The position numbers and the translations under genes were made by a program. The notes below the pieces were generated by a model. That model was not told the origin of the DNA. It saw only the letters and a list, made by a program, of their open reading frames with translations, and did no database searches. Of a stretch of 64,000 nucleotides of DNA, positions 46,697-63,100 are shown one piece after another. Every line of letters begins with the position of its first letter. Position 1 is the first letter of the stretch. The stretch is from Lytechinus pictus (Eukaryota), in NCBI RefSeq assembly GCF_037042905.1, contig NC_087245.1, positions 5,768,001-5,832,000 on the forward strand, given 5' to 3'.

Positions 46697-49642
46697 GGTC
46701 ACGCAAGGGCCACAAACTTTAACCAGAAAGACACGCACCTGCTATGTTAGACGCACAGGTCGCAGAAATTTGTTAGGGGTCGATATAATTAAATGTAACT
46801 ACTATTACGTTCATATGTGTTTTGCTGTTTTTTATCATGTAAAATTCGTGCAAATTGAGCTTTTTGATTTGATGTGGAATGTATTTTGATGTAAATTCTA
46901 ATAAAAGGTTGTTGCAATTCGGCTATTCAGCCGCTATAGATACCCTTGTTGTAATATTCGTTTTAAATAAATAAATAATTAAAAAGAAATATTGCAGATA
47001 TAATGACATCACATCTTAATAAGAAGCATATTGTTTAATGAGCCACACTGGTAAAATGAAAATGTGGGGGGGGGGAGTAGATTCCAGTGGTATAAATCCG
47101 GTCCGAGCAGGAGGGGGGGGGGCGTGATGAAAATATTTTGGCTGAAAATTTCAATTTTTTGCGGCAGCCCCACAACGTGTACAAAATATTACTTCCCCTT
47201 TTGTGACGAAGGACAAGGCCTACATCATTTTTTTGTCATCCCTGTTTCAATGGTTTTGTAATGACATTACATGTAAATACAGCGAGTGTCGTTTCAAATA
47301 ATGTGCACATGTATAAACAAAACAAAGGAAAATATAAGCGGTAACTGATCAATAACGAAATGAAACTTCAGAATAAAATTTTTAAATTTTTAGGAAGCAA
47401 AATTATATTATTTTAATTATTGTACGGCAATTAAAGATCTACACATTAATAATAGTATTAATCATTCAATAATCAAACTATAAAGATCGTTCCTTTCTTG
47501 TATTGTTGCCCATCCGGCGATTGGCGGTAGTGATGAATTCATGAATGATTTATTAAATCAACCAATGAATAATATACTCACAATAGGTTGTGACCTATGG
47601 CATAAACTTGAATCTGCAAGAAATTTTTTGACATAGCATTTACTCGCACGTTTTTAGTAAAAACGTGGGCATTTTCTATTGCATTTAGGATATTCAGTTG
47701 CTTTTTCTATTATAAGAGCAATGCAGATACCGTGTTCAATTGGCACAAGTTCCGTGCCAGAAATCGATCCCCGCGATTTCATATGTGGAGTATGCGGCTT
47801 TGCACTGTTGAAAGTACATTTTGCACAATGTTCATATCAGTGTGACAACTTGCATGTGAATGTGAGTGTAAATTCATTTGTTTAATATATTAAAACGCTT
47901 CATTTTTAAAGTACAATTCCATCTTTTTAAAGGGAATGTTGATCGATTTTCATCCGGAGGCAGAGCTTGACAACATAGCACCGTGGCGACAGGTGGATTT
48001 GAACATGGTGCTTAAAACACCACCTTGACGACAAATCAATACTTACAAGGAATATCCAGTAAATAAACACAACGGCGAAAGGTACGAGGTAGACTTTCCT
48101 TCATTTTCTTTATACAACACAGCTATACTACTGATTGAAAGCAGTACAGTCATTTTTAACTATGGAAAATCAGGTTTCGCTTATATATATACATATATAT
48201 CTGCTAATATCAATATACTTTACCTTGGGCGAAACTAGCGATTTTTTTATATATAAAACAAGACTAACAGTAGATTTCTCAATCGAATATTTTGGGTGTT
48301 GTAGATTTACAACTGTGAATTGTATACTCTTATCCCCCCCCCCTCTTATCCCCCCTTCCCCTCAACATCAACGATTTGAAAAACCATAGTGTATTTGATG
48401 TATGAAATTCCAAAAAGGGTGCAATTCCCTTCTAACAGAGAAAAGACTACATTAAAATTTTGACTAGTGCAGTAAATTCAACAAGAGAAATATGTATCTC
48501 TTAAAAGGAGATTCGTCGCCAACTCGACGCTCGGGAGATGTTTGTCTTCTTTAATGAATTTAAAAGGAGCAGCGATGACATAAGTTATCACGATACCAAC
48601 GAAAATGGGAGTAAGGGAAAATTGGGACTCTTGGTGCCCGAATTCGCTGAGGTACAGAGGGGGCCAATGACTCTCAAATGTTTCACGACCAATAAAAGGA
48701 AAAAAGAAAGAAAACCAGTAAAGAAATCTACATTAATAACTAAGTAGGGACAATTTTCAATCATCAAGGACCGTCCTTGCCCATTAGTAAAATGCAGACA
48801 AAATCGTCAAAATAGAATTAAACAAAACCCAAGACATTCTGCAAACTGCAAGTCTGGAAGTACAAGTCTTTTGAAACTAAAAAGAGAAATGTAGCAAATG
48901 GTGGGTACCCTTTAACATGTTATATCGTTTGCAGGTACCTCATAATGTGTGCCAAATTGCTAAAATATATATAGAAATAGGCAGATTTATTGCTCGGTCG
49001 CTGCTCTTACTCGCATAAATTATCATCTGGCATCTTACTGGAGGGAGCTGTCACAGATACCATTCATATCAACGACATACGGTATATTGAGTAATATTGA
49101 GGACATGACACAAATTAATTTTCACTGATGAAATTTGTAACTATTGCCTTGCACTGTTTGTAGCGCATTTTTAAGGACAGCGTTGCAGAGTTCATGTACA
49201 GGCAATTAATTTTCCCGCTCAGTCAACACGCTCCCCTGCATAGGCTTGTAGCTAGAACGCATAATTCAGGATGACGTCACGCATTTCCCAGTAGGTAGAT
49301 GACAAAATGATGCAGCAATACACCAAGAGAGCTGTCTATAATTATATATTTTTTTTTTAATACTGTTTTTATTCTGATTTCATGAACAAATAGTTACATA
49401 ACATTTCAAATCACATATAATACTTTACATTTCATATTTTTACTTTTTTTTCACTAACTTAATATAATCATGAATCATATATATCTTAAAAGAAAACAAT
49501 GAAATCAGTTATTATAAAAATGCTTAAACACCAAACTTCCCCCTCCCCCCCCCGCCCCAACACACACACACACACACACACACACAACACACCACCCCCC
49601 ACACACACACACACATTTTTTTTTGGGGGGGGGGTTAGCTAA

Positions 49643-49986
49643 GGCTGCGTTTATGCGACCTCAAGCCAGAATCATGATCTGAATATTGATGCGTTTGGAT
49701 GTTAGAAGACCCCACAGAAGGCAAGAGTCAAACCGAAAGTAGCCCAACACAACAGCGAGGTCATAGAATCATGGTTGTAATCACGATATCGTTTATTCGA
49801 ACATTTTCGTACGTGATTATGCAGAAACGTCTTTCCAAACGCCCCTTTTTTCGTGTTTCATGTTTGTGATTCTAATCATGATTATATTCAATTTCGACTA
49901 AACGCAATCGTGATTCTGCAGAATCATGATTTGAATCATGATTCAGATCATGATTCTAGGGTAAAAAGTGGCGGATAAACGCACCC
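49643..49986. mobile_element. PIF/Harbinger-like MITE with TAA TSD
   Basis: TAA-GGCTGCGTTTAT ... ATAAACGCACCC-TAA; internal AATCATGATT palindromes. Confidence 0.65.
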
Positions 49987-50459
49987 TAAGAATGTGTGAC
50001 GATGTCCACCTACCCATGAAGTATTCTAGTATGAAAGTGTAAATTCCGATAGACCTGGGAGAGCCGTCCAGATAGAAGCTAAGGGGAACCATCTTACTCA
50101 ATAATCCGTTAAAGTAACCTGTAAGCCGACTAACAAGCTTTCAATGTTGGAAAGCAATGATTTTATCTCCAGCTTATCCCTGTTAGACCAGTTCTTTGGC
50201 GTAGGAGTCAAGGGAACATGTCCAAGGAGAGACAATAAATGGATCAGAATGCTCACAAGATGGTTAAGAGACGTTACACTCTTTACTGCAGTTAACATGG
50301 TTAAGGATGAAGGAATCAAACCATGCTCATCTACACGTTACTTTGTGATGCGTATATCATGTTATTTTAATATCAATACTTTTACTATTACTTCTATACT
50401 GCTGCTATTTCTACCACCAATGCAGCTGTCGCTGCTGCTATCCCTACTTCTTCTATTTC

Positions 50460-50498
50460 CTACTATTACATCTACTAATAATACTACTACTATTACTG

Positions 50499-50543
<45 letters not shown>

Positions 50544-50552
50544 TTACTACTT

Positions 50553-50607
<55 letters not shown>

Positions 50608-50608
50608 G

Positions 50609-50639
<31 letters not shown>

Positions 50640-50715
50640 GTACTACTACTACTACTACTGCTACTGCTACTACTACTACTACTACTATTACTACTTATAC
50701 TACTACTACTTACTA
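50460..50715. repeat. (TAC)n microsatellite
   Basis: About 250 bp of TAC with few interruptions; source of the poly-Thr and poly-Ser ORFs. Confidence 0.95.
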
Positions 50716-53700
50716 GAGCTATTATCACTACCACTACTTTTGTTATGATATACACACACACGCACACACACACACCCTTAAATATCTTGGAGTTTTTATA
50801 GATAGGGAACTTAAATGGAATGTTCATTTTGATCACATGTGTTCAAAAATTGGTAAAATGAATGGTTTCCCTGGCAGACTTAGGCGATTTGTTAATGAAT
50901 CTAGTTTAAAATTAATATATTCTTTGGTTATAATTCCACACTTTAATATGCTGATATTGTCTGGCAATCTGCATCTATAAAATATTTGACTTTATTGCAA
51001 AAGCTACAAAGTCGAACATGAAGAATTATCCTGAAAAGTGATCAATGATGTAGTGAAATGGACAACTTTGAATACTCGGCAAATGGAACTAGTACGTAAT
51101 AATGTTTAAAGTTGTGAATAATTCTTAACCTGAATATATCACAAGTTTCTCTCTGCGTACAGAAAATCACCTTAGTCTCCTAAAACCAAAGTTAAATAGC
51201 TGTAAACGAACATTTTTGTATAGGGGACTACACTTAACAAATTACCAATTTATTTGTCTTCTAGTCCAATTATTCAGTCCTTTAAATCCATTATTCAATT
51301 GTATCTCGGTTTCCATAAATGTTTTGCCTGTTTGATTGTTTTTAGGGGTTGGTGTGGTGAGGTGATTGTCTTTCTTCTTTTTTTTCTTGTAATGTATTCG
51401 ATTAAGTATTGTGTATATTTTTTATAATTATATATATTTGTTTTATATGCATGTATTTACGTTATAAAGGACTTCATGGAAGAAGAGTGGTATTTTGTTA
51501 ATACCGCTGAAATGGGCCATCCTCCATATTTTATATGATTTATACGATTTTTAAAATTAGAACATGTATATAATCTTATCTATTTTATATAGAAATGAAT
51601 AAAAAGAAACAAACAAACCCTCACCCACATTCATATACATGGCTATACAAAGCATTAAAACAAATTTTGTATTTGTTCTTTTGTTATTTGATTTTCATTA
51701 TGCGAATAACATAATATAGACTATATTATTCGATACATATCAAGATAGAGTTTTACATCCAAATCCAGAAAGCTATTATTCCAAAATCATTTTAGAATTA
51801 AATTTACCGAACATCTATAACTTTTCAGTTATTGATACCTTACTTTCAACTCTGACACCACACACGACCAAATAAATTAATCTGGACTGCTGGAGGGCAA
51901 TCCGTTACAATATGGAGACTGATCAGCCAGTGATGAAAGAAACATTTGCAACCCTCGTTCATTAACAAAGCAGACAATATGTTTACTCAAAGTGAATAGG
52001 GACAAATAATTTGCTCGCCTGAGGCAGAAGACAGAATTTCGTCTCATGATATTTTTATTAATAATGTATATAACACATTTCTTTAATAACATTTTTATTT
52101 GATATAAGATAAAATAGCAGTGTACATGTAGATAAAATGCCTTTCCCACTCGGCCATTACGAATATGCGGAAAAGATATTCGCATAATGATTTCTGATTC
52201 AATATGAGTTTGATTAAGATAGGTATTTAAACAGCAGTTCTCTGATAAAAGATTAAAATATATATTGAGGTTTTATTACATCTAATTCAATTGGCCTACA
52301 ATAATTAAAAAAACACCATGGTTCATATCGGGTAACACATGCGAACAACATGACAGTAAAACATTTTTTATCGCAAAACACCTTAATTTGTTTAATTGTG
52401 CCAATTATATAGGCCTGTGCCAATTATATAGGCCTATCAGCTAATTATCCTTATAACCATTAGTCGGCTTCATCGCTCTATAAATTCAAATCCATCAACT
52501 AAAAGTCAGTGCTGGTTGATTGTGTTCAGGCACAAGTGATTTGATCGATCGCTGCATGAAGTATATCACTTAGATATGTCTGAAGTGCTTTATCAACAAC
52601 CATAATACCGATTTGTATCGTGTCATAGACAGGACGTTTCTTTATACGCTTTTCAATATAAAAGGACAAATGCAACTTCATCATCAAACGAACAATTCAA
52701 AGAAACAAATATCTTACCGGCTTCAGATGTATATCACTAATAGTCTGGCCCGTCGTATAATGTAACAACTCGTTATACAGTGACGAGGGTTAATCCCGGG
52801 TAAGTGCCTCAGAGAAAGCACTTCTTCCAACGGAGAGGGGTTTTTCTCATTGATGTCAACATAAATCCCCAGGTTTGATACTAACGCTTGAGATAAAATT
52901 ATCGATAGACTCAAGCCTGCACGCTCGCAACCCAATACACTAAACTGCAAAAGTACAGTACAATTGCCTATGCGATTATGTATTTTGTTATCATTGGGTA
53001 GATTTTCAAAGTCTCATTAGATTTGTTTGACATTTTCCTTAATTTCTTTTGGTGTATACAAGTAACACCGTCCATTCAAAAGTAGACTGTAAAAAGAACA
53101 TTAACCCAAATAAGCACCTACCTTTGTCATTGTAAGGAATCGTTCTGCTTTGTTACAAGAATTTTAGTCATTATAGGAATAACGAATACTGCATACCGAA
53201 AGGAATATTGCCAAAGGGGCTGCTAGTTTTCAAAGTGATATAAAAAAATATGAATTTAGAAAAAGCCCGATAAGCCCTGCAAAGGAGGCAGAGAATTGAC
53301 TCACTTTAAAGGTACACGGATTTATAGCTCGAAATGTTTGTGAGAGTTTCCATAATTGTTGCAATATTGAAGTATCTTTAGCTCTTCGTCAGATTTGGGT
53401 CAGCTGCAACGCTTCCAAATTTGTGAACTTTTATATAGGGACTGTGTTTGGGCATCCGCAAAAAACGTACCTGTTATTTTGGTTTTTATTTAGGTATATT
53501 TTAAACCTAGGATGATAAGCCTCTTATACCACTCTTTAATTTCGACAATTATTTGGCTTACACACATGGCTTTGTGACATGGGGCTAAAACGTCGCAATA
53601 TCTTTCTTCAGATCGAATCAACAACAACAGTCATAATAATGATAATGATTATCCTTATGAATTGATAATTATTAAAATATAATGATAAACATTAAGAAAT

Positions 53701-55507
53701 CCCTGTGCAAATGGCCGATACGTGCGTACACCTCGCAAAACCATTGAGGTGCAAGTTAGCTCTTCAGCGAGAGTCCGTGTCTGTTGTACACCCATGTACT
53801 CTTTGCGTGCACCCCGCCAGTCTCGCTGATAGAATTATTATGATATAGATATAGTTGATTTGTGATCGGAGATTACCCGAAATAATAATGCACTAACGCA
53901 TTTCACTTAACCTAAGTGAAATATATTTTTTTCAAATATTTAAAATTTATGTGATGATGATTGTTTCAATAACACATTTGATTAGGTATACATTTGGAGA
54001 AACAGTAGATAGAGCTATAGTTGAACCACAACTATCATGACTATAAGCACAAGTAAAAAAAAAAGAAAAGAATCGGATCATATCGCTAGAGACCTCTTCC
54101 GCTCTCAGCGCTTCTCACTGGCATAGCGGGAAGAATCTTGACTACGGATAAAACGAATTGAGTTCGAGTCCCAACTAAGGTAACTAAAAAAATCGATACA
54201 AAAGTGAATGGACCGGAAGGCTCGACAATCTGTTTGTTACTTTAGGTGGGGGTACATCATGCACCCTAAGGGATAGACGTGTACACCCTCTAAGGTGCAG
54301 ATGGACACCCCCAATACGGGTGCACACTGTACTACACCCTTATTCGGGGTGTACGTGTGCGCCGCTAGGGGTACTCGTATAGGGACAAGCCTGTGCACCC
54401 CTAGGGGCGTAAAATTGAACCCGAATTTCTTAGTGTGTACAGTAACTCGATAAAATATCTTTCTCAGACATGTCAGATTGCCTATAACGCCTATAGCCTG
54501 TCAATATTTCGTCTTTTCCAGCTCCCAAATGTTTGTGTTGGACTGCGTAATGATAATATATCAATCATCTTCATCAGCAGCAGCAGTAGCAACATCATGA
54601 TAACTATAATTGTATTGATATCAATACGATTATTACATCATAAAAAAATTACCACGTTACGATGCTGAGCATCGTTATAAGCACTTTAGCTACATAATTG
54701 TATTAAAAAGGTATTTATATGATATTGGGGGTCACTGTCCAGTCAATATGGTAATAATAATGATAACCACAATAATAACAACAACAACAATAATAATGAT
54801 AATAATAATAATAACGTCATATACATAGCAAATCTAAAATCAAGGAGGGGCAAAAGCTTATTCAACTTTCCGACTATTAGGTAAACATAATGATGTCTTT
54901 AGTTACAAACTGCCTTGAAAGGATGTTCATTTAGAATTAGCAATGTAGTTTTCTGTAGCATCCTCTATATGACAATGTGTGATAAGAAGCAGAAAAAAAT
55001 CAATGAAGAGTAAATACAGATGAAAACATATAGCATCTTAGCCATCAAACAAATCAAGAAAATCTTTCAATCAAGCAGCTCTCTAAGTGGAATCATGACC
55101 ATGATCAATACGATATGAAGATATATAATCATGAATCCCCTTAGTCGTTGTATTTACTTTTCAATAAGAAGGAAGAGTTATTGATTGCACTTCCGAGTTG
55201 TACGATCTGGAGTCTTTTTCATGAAGAGTTACAACTAATGGAACTTTGTCATTGTGGTAACTACCCTGGTAACAAGACTCAGCAGCCAATCACAATCAAG
55301 GATTCGATGGCATACCTACAACAGCGGCAAAGATACAATGGTCATATGTCTTTATGAAAAGAGTACCTGTGATACGCATAAATTTATTATATGAAAAGAA
55401 GGCTTTTCTAGCAATTCTTATCCTTCGACATATTTAGTGTCCCCTCTCATACCCTAGCTTCTGTGAATAAGCTATTTCACAGATGTAACTGTGCATGGGT
55501 AGTAAAG

Positions 55508-55511
<4 letters not shown>

Positions 55512-55581
<70 letters not shown>

Positions 55582-55606
55582 GTATATATGTATGTATATG
55601 TATATA
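55512..55606. repeat. (TA)n/(TATG)n microsatellite
   Basis: Seen directly. Confidence 0.9.
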
Positions 55607-57123
55607 TCCGCTTGTTTATTTTATTCGATACAGACTGAAACGGAAGATAGTGATTGACTTATATTGACTTGTTCATTTGACTTTCTCTGTAACCACAGTA
55701 TTACATACCTCTATAAATTTTTATTACTTATGTTCGGCGTACAAGTTAAAAATCTTGGTTAGATCAGGCTACATAGGGCAGTATACAGATGAAAAACTTC
55801 CTAAGTGTGAACTAAATATGACCCGACTCCGTTACCCTTTCTGTGTTGTTACGCCATTTCTGAGAAACCTTTCTATGTAAGGACACAACCTCAAGTCTTT
55901 TTGCTTGTCACATTTGACAAAGAGGTATCATAGGAAACATTAGATATTAAATCTGCTTAGTATTTCCTCGCGGAAAGCGAAACCATTAAAGCTCTTCCGG
56001 TCAGCTGGGGAAAAGTGTCTCGAGCGTTGGGAGAATCTATGACAAAATGCTTTTAATCCCCGTAAGATAATACAATACAATTTTTACAAGGAGAATGTGC
56101 ACGCTGCATGTAAAAACGACTTTACATCAAAATGCCCTGGAAATCTAGGGTGCATAGTATTACGATAAAGGAGAGCTCGTCAATTATGGCGAAAAAAATG
56201 AAGTTAACACGGTAGAATGAATAAATCAGTGTGAGAAATGAGAGTCAAACCAATCATCAGGAAATATGGTAAATTTGTGAGGCTTTAGGAGTAATTGAAT
56301 GGTAACAAACGGGAAAATGGGTCGACTACATATATATTACATTTCATATTATGAAGCAAATATGAAAACATTAGTTGAACTTATCTTTGGTCATCTTGTC
56401 TCCCCTAAATAGATAAATAAATAGATTTATGATATGAGTAATACCGACAATTAAAGGTCGAAATTAAGATGTAAAGTAATCATGTGAACATGCTTGCAAT
56501 ATCATTTACAATATCTATATTACTCACAGGGATTTGGAAATGAAATACAATTTCCTGCGGATTAAATAGTATAAGAATGGCGTTATTTAGGTCCGACTTC
56601 AAATAGTATGTGTTGGGGTTAATAGTTTACTTTTTGACCGCTAATTGATATCCAGGGCAGCTGTAACATAACACGCGTTCTTCAAAGATATTTTAGATAT
56701 TGTAGAGAAAGACATAACCGTCAAACATTATGTGTTTGCGGTATGGAATGAGACAATTCATTTTTTATATATAGTTCGGTATTGTACTTATACGTAAGGA
56801 CATGAAACGCGAAGGTGGGTCTTGGAACGATTTTAACATGGGTTAAAAAAAATCATGGAATAAAAACATGGAATAAAAAAAATCACAAGCACAAAAAATG
56901 AATAAATAAAGAAAAAGGAAACAAAGCCAACATGATTTGCACATGTTGCTACTGTTATTATATCCACATCTGTTAGTTTTTTTGTGAAGATGGTTACGCA
57001 GGTTTACAAACAACTCAGTACAGGAAGAGTGATACAGAAAAAGCGGATATGCAACCTTAACATGTACGGAAAGGGGAAAATAAAAGTAGTTTTATATGTC
57101 AAGGTTGCACACCCTCCTTCTCA

Positions 57124-57154
<31 letters not shown>

Positions 57155-60100
57155 TGACCATACATAAACACACAATATAGGCATATTTCCACCACACACA
57201 TACATGCACGCACGTACGCACACACCCTAAACATATACCACAAAAATGGGAAATAGCGTTTTGATACGATTGACGAGTATACCGACTTCTCTATAAAGAG
57301 GGAAATGTCGAGGTATTGTCTGAAAAATCTGCAACTCTACATTAACCTTTCCTCGTATACAGACGTGAACTCACGCATATAATCGATAATATGATCTTAG
57401 TGGGTGATTTTTACCGAGATGATTTCATTAGAACTCAATTTGCCACCGAGAATGAAATAGACAAAATAAAAATTGCTTGAAATGATTTGGAACTGACATT
57501 CTCCAGTGAAAATATGACAATTGCATGTCATGTTATAGTGATACGTGAACTTCAGATAGTTCATTGGAGTCCATTAAAAAAAAAATTACATACCGCAAAG
57601 TAAATATTGAGGCCCACTTGGTATATTTGTTTATAACATCGAAAGCTGGGAATGCAAATTATGTTTAAGACAAAATCTATTGTTTGGGGAATTTTGTGTG
57701 AAGTTGAAATTGAAATGAGTAAAGTGATAAAACTCAGTGTTGTTTTATCATGACTTTAATCAGGCTCAATACATTGATATAATGTACCAGAGAAAAAGAG
57801 ACCTATACATAAATAGACGATGTTCATAGTTTCATACTAAACGGATGACAGGTCAAAGTATTTACATGGGTTACAAAACAAAACATTATAAACTGAAGTA
57901 ACACATGCCAATATATAATGATTACATATACATTAATTCAATTTGGCACAGATATGGAATACTAACCAATTGTCGTGCGTTTTTACACAAACTAATTAAT
58001 CAATGTTTGTCTACCTCAGGGCTTAAATTGATCTTTTTATGTTTTGATATCTACCTTAGATTATATTTTATATTACAGAATATTGTCATCATAACATGTT
58101 CCAATGGAGATTCTGTCGTCAAGTTTGGGTCTGATCTATTTCCAAAGAAAATAATACAAAATCATTACATAGGTTTGACTCTTTAACAAAAATGAAAACT
58201 TCCTTTTTTATTTTATTTTTTCTCATAACTTAGGATAGTCGTACAAACTATCCGTGCCCATGATTACTAAAATATACTGTTTTCTTATTGTTTTCTTATT
58301 GTTTATCTAATCAACTATTATGGGGTTTCTATTCTATAAAGCATTTTATCAATCTATTGTATATGTACAAAGCATTCTATCAATTTGATGCTCATTATCT
58401 TGCGTGCGAAAAGTCGGTTAGCCTGACACCCTGAACAGCTGTCTTCAGCGATGAGTAGATGTGGTGAAATGGTGATTGCATCAGACTGATTTGGCAATTT
58501 AAACAGACTATGGTCAAGATAGAAATGAGCCAGATGATATTATTTACTAAATCTGTCTACCATCAAGACAATGCCAAATTTGAGATGGCGTCAGATCGTT
58601 TCGTATGGAACACGTCATTATAAACGGGAAGTCGTCTTAAAGAATGCCCTTGTTTTAATTAATGTCCAGCCATTTTTAATGATTTTGGAAAAGTTTCTCT
58701 GGAAGGTGGTCCTTTCATTTTAGGATGAATTCAAATACTAATGCAATTTAGCATAATACGGTTTAGCAAAAGAATTAACGTTTAAGATAATAGTTCAAGC
58801 TTTATCTAATATCACTTTTCTACATTCATTAAAATGACATGAACTATGTAAACACTAACACAATGATAATCAACACGGTCGTACGTAGCGCCCAGTCACC
58901 CGCTCCTCCCAAAATTTTAGATACGTACATTTTCATTCCAATTTTTCCCAGAATTCTATTAAAAAGTGAACACCAGTTTTCGATTCGAACTTATAATAAG
59001 CGACTTTTTCTCGTGGTGGGGTATATTTTATTTTATACACAACACGCTTATGGTGGATGATGGTAGAAAACAAAGGTACCCTGTAAAAGCTCAAGAATCT
59101 GGCCAATGCAGACCCCTGGTAGAGCTGTCAACGGTTGGATGTCGGGGTTGGTATTATGAAAACATCTCCATACGTGGCGGTGACATGGATTCCATCCAAT
59201 TACTAGGTCCCTGTCTGAGTAAGCAAAGTTGGGGACTTAAAAATAGAATGAAACCAGCAAGGTAGATTGACGATTAAGTGAGAAAATAGTAAGGAAGGAA
59301 GAATAGTAAAGAACTAAGGAATGGGAAGGAGAAAGGTCGAGAAAGAGACAGAAAAAGGGAGAGAGAGAGAGAAGCAAATAGAAATGAATGAAGGGGGAGA
59401 AAAGGACAGACAAAATATTGCAGAGAAAGTGTGAAATATACATGGAATAATTATGTTTTAATATTTCCATATGACCTGCTCCTACCCCGTCACATCCCAA
59501 GAAACCACGATGCACAGAGGGGTCAACTGCAGGCCTACATTACAATGCCTAGGTCTCTATATACGGTAAAAGTAATAAGTAAAAAGGTGAGTAGTTATCA
59601 TGTTTTATCTAGATTTGTATCAGATCATGATGTTAACTTTGGATCTTATGAATGTCGGGTTCCTAAGCCTCGTAAAGCATGTCTTAAACAAGCAACATGC
59701 TGAGGAAGCAAACCAACAAAACCCGCGCGAAAGTCCCCTTTCTGAATCAAACTATGCTCGCCTACTTTCAATTGCCTCCTAAATACGATCTGACAGGATT
59801 GCGACTCGCCTAACATTCACTTTCCTCGCACATTCTCCGAACTTTCTGCCCTACAGTAAAGCTTAGCAGATGTCCAGAAATTCGATATGCGGAGAAAAAG
59901 GACTGACGAAATTGCCGCACTATGCCGGAGAAAATTGGTTTCTTGTTCGGTCCATCAGGAGCAATCATGGATGGCGATATAAGAAACACGTTTACAGACA
60001 TGGACAGTTCTCAACCTACTCCGCAACTTCCATTCTTTATCATTCGATTCATGTTGTTGTGTTATGAAATCGATTAAAGTATGTGAAAGAATTGAGAGAA

Positions 60101-63100
60101 AGGCAAGAGGTGTAAAGATTGATTATAAATACAAAAAAACCCGAGAGGTTACGGAATAGTGACTCGAACGTTCAACCTTAATCAGGTATGTGACGAAAAC
60201 CACTATGACGAAAGCCTCCCCCATTTCTCTTTTCAAGATAAATTTTACACATGTACCAGCGAAAACAAAAATGACAAACTTCTGCTTGTGACTCATACAT
60301 TGGATATACTTGAAATACTGTCGAGCTTTTCTGTTTGCTCTCTTACGATTGACTAGATCCGTCGCTTGATCTTGACAGTCAAAAACTCTGTCTTCCTTAA
60401 AGAGGAAATCCATACTGACGTCATGTTGATTTTAATGAAAACAGAAATTGAGATAAACATGAAGGAAATTCGCCCCCTCCCGCCCAAAAATAACCATATT
60501 TTCAATTTCGTGACGTCAAAAACAACTTATACATGCCACACACGTCAAAGAAATTACCTAATGTATCATATATAAAGTCATTGCGATTTCAATTGAATTC
60601 TCGAACCATTTATAAATATGACTTCTTCACGACATAGGAGCGTTGGTTAAGCGATGCGTTGAAACATGTAATTGAATGGAGAGGTAATGTCATTTTCAAT
60701 TTTCTGAGAAGATTGTTCATGGATTGTGTGCCTATATTGGAGCTGCTCGAGTAATGAAATAAACACACACACACAATCATAACTCTGGTAGTCTTTGATG
60801 AACATTCGCTATACCTTTATTTATATCTTTCTCGGTTTTTTCTGTTTTGTACAAACCACATTTGCGTCTGAGTGGAGTAACCCCTTTAAACGTGTGATCC
60901 TCTCATTTATCTTTATCTTTGAAAGAAAACGATTTGCTGCTCCAATTGTCATCTAGTTGTAACCACGGTGTGGTAATGAACAGATGAAGATGATATTTTC
61001 TAACCAAAGTGTCAACTGAGGAAACTCCTACTTCATGCCCGGCATTCGCCTCAAGTTCAAATGGTTCATATACAGCGTGTGGTTAACTTAAATGGTAAGT
61101 CCACTCTGATCATGTTGTTTCCAGTTAAAACCTTAAAAATCTTTTAACAATAGAATAGTTGATCATAAATGCCTTGTGTGGGTTTTTTGTTCATTCCAGT
61201 TACATTTTGTGTGCAGCTAGCGTATATCATGTCACATGGTATAAAAGTCCCGACTCTTGATCCGTGCCTGCTTTGCATGCTTCGTTTATTCTTTTTTTTA
61301 TCGACTCAATAAGAGTGGACAATACCTTTTAGGAAGGGTACGTAGACAGATCTAACTCCCTGGACTTAAACGCTCCATATGCTGCCATAAAACAAGGTTC
61401 ATTGATCATGTTGTAGGCCCTTAGAATGAGGCGCTATATTTAGGATGCATATGGAATAAAGAACATTTCATATTGAGAAAACGTATATCTGTATAAAGTT
61501 TTAAACATATACCTGAGCTTATATATTTTTATCAAAACAATTCCCCAAATCCCTCTTTCATGTACTTATGTTTTCGAAATGATATCTTACTAAAATCCTG
61601 AATCTTGAAATCTTGAAATGATGACGAATAAAACCACAATCTATTCCGACAAATGTGTACCGTTATGTATTGGAATCAATAGTTTACGTTTTCTCTCCTA
61701 ACATTTGGACTGAACACTTTTCCACATTTCACAATTTTAATCTATTCTATATCATTTATCAAAATATATGTTTTCCCATATTTGCACTATTGTATTCTAT
61801 GAAAATAAATTAAACGTTTCAACCGAAACCCCATTGCCCTTGTAAGGGGCAATTATAGCAGGTCTTGATAGGAACACGTGTGTTCTTTCCCTAATAATAT
61901 AGGTTAACAGAATCAACATTGGATTTTTTTCTCCTTAAGTTAAACCTTTTCAATTCAGGGGAGGACAAGAATACTACTGTACTAAAACACGTCATACATG
62001 TAAGGTATACGATGAGGTGTAGCGTTAGTCCTATTGCCAAGTATTCTTGGGATAACACTTACATAAATCAGTCATCTTTGTTGAAGACAATTTTGTATCG
62101 TAAAATGTAATCACTAGTTAACTCTGAAATAAACAGTATGTGCACTCCTCAATCAAAGATTGACAAAGTTAAAGTCTTTATTTGTTAATCCCATTTCTAA
62201 TTTATCTCTTTTTTTAAGGGATACTCACAACTTCTCTGGCATGAATGGAGGCAAACATTTCTTTATTACCCTTTTCTGACATTTAATAAATACCATCAAC
62301 GATTAATGTTCCAATGACCGTATTTGGTTGAAAATGAGACTGGCTGGAATACTCCCACAAGGAGTGAAAGATGTGCATACATTGTGTACGGGAGAGACTG
62401 GAATCCGATGACCAGGGTAATTTTTTTAGCACTTGGAATAGTATGTCTTAAACGCATTATATATCACCAGATCATTATCATATTATTATCGTTATTTTCT
62501 TACCAGATTCCACATCGGAAAGGACATCAAATAGAAAGAGGAAAAGGCTATTTATAAATAGCCCCTAATCCGAATCAGAAGTTTGATCTGTCCCCGTTTA
62601 TTCGTTTGTCCCTCTCTCGGGGATCAGCCCTACTGGTGATCTGGGCACATTTACACTTATTTAAGTTTTGTAATGGGCAGATGGTATACAAAATAATATT
62701 ATTTTATTTATCGCACTCGGAAACATTTTCATCAGTGATGCGCATACTCCAGATAATATCAACGCTTATTGCGACTCTACCTTATATGCATGTAGATCAA
62801 AGATGATAAACTTAGTGATGAGTGGAACATCATTTTGTATCCAAGTGGTAAAATTACAATTTATCATGTGATTCCCTTTCAAATTCCCTTGTATGCCAGT
62901 TGAGTCCAGGGCAAGTACTAAAATGGCGCCCCTATGTTATCTGACTCTTCCCCCTTTGTTTCGCCTTTGCCCATCCCCTCTCTTTAAATAAGTTTTCCTT
63001 GTTTGCACCCCCTGAAAGTGGCGACAAGACATGAACCCAATGTCCTCTCAAATCATGCTGGAATGACCCTATTGTTTCAACAATATTTTCCATCTTGGAT

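Noticed and set aside
50144..50836. Mucin-like poly-Thr and poly-Ser ORFs
   Set aside because: Translation of a (TAC)n microsatellite with a single codon and no supporting splice context.
54180..54440. CACTA-like MITE with GGGTGTAC/GTACACCC-like motifs
   Set aside because: The right end resembles a CACTA terminus, but the left end and TSD are too degenerate to support a call.
59431..60413. Cluster of short ORFs in a slightly GC-richer patch
   Set aside because: No recognisable domain and no consistent exon chain could be built. A non-coding exon or decayed repeat cannot be excluded.
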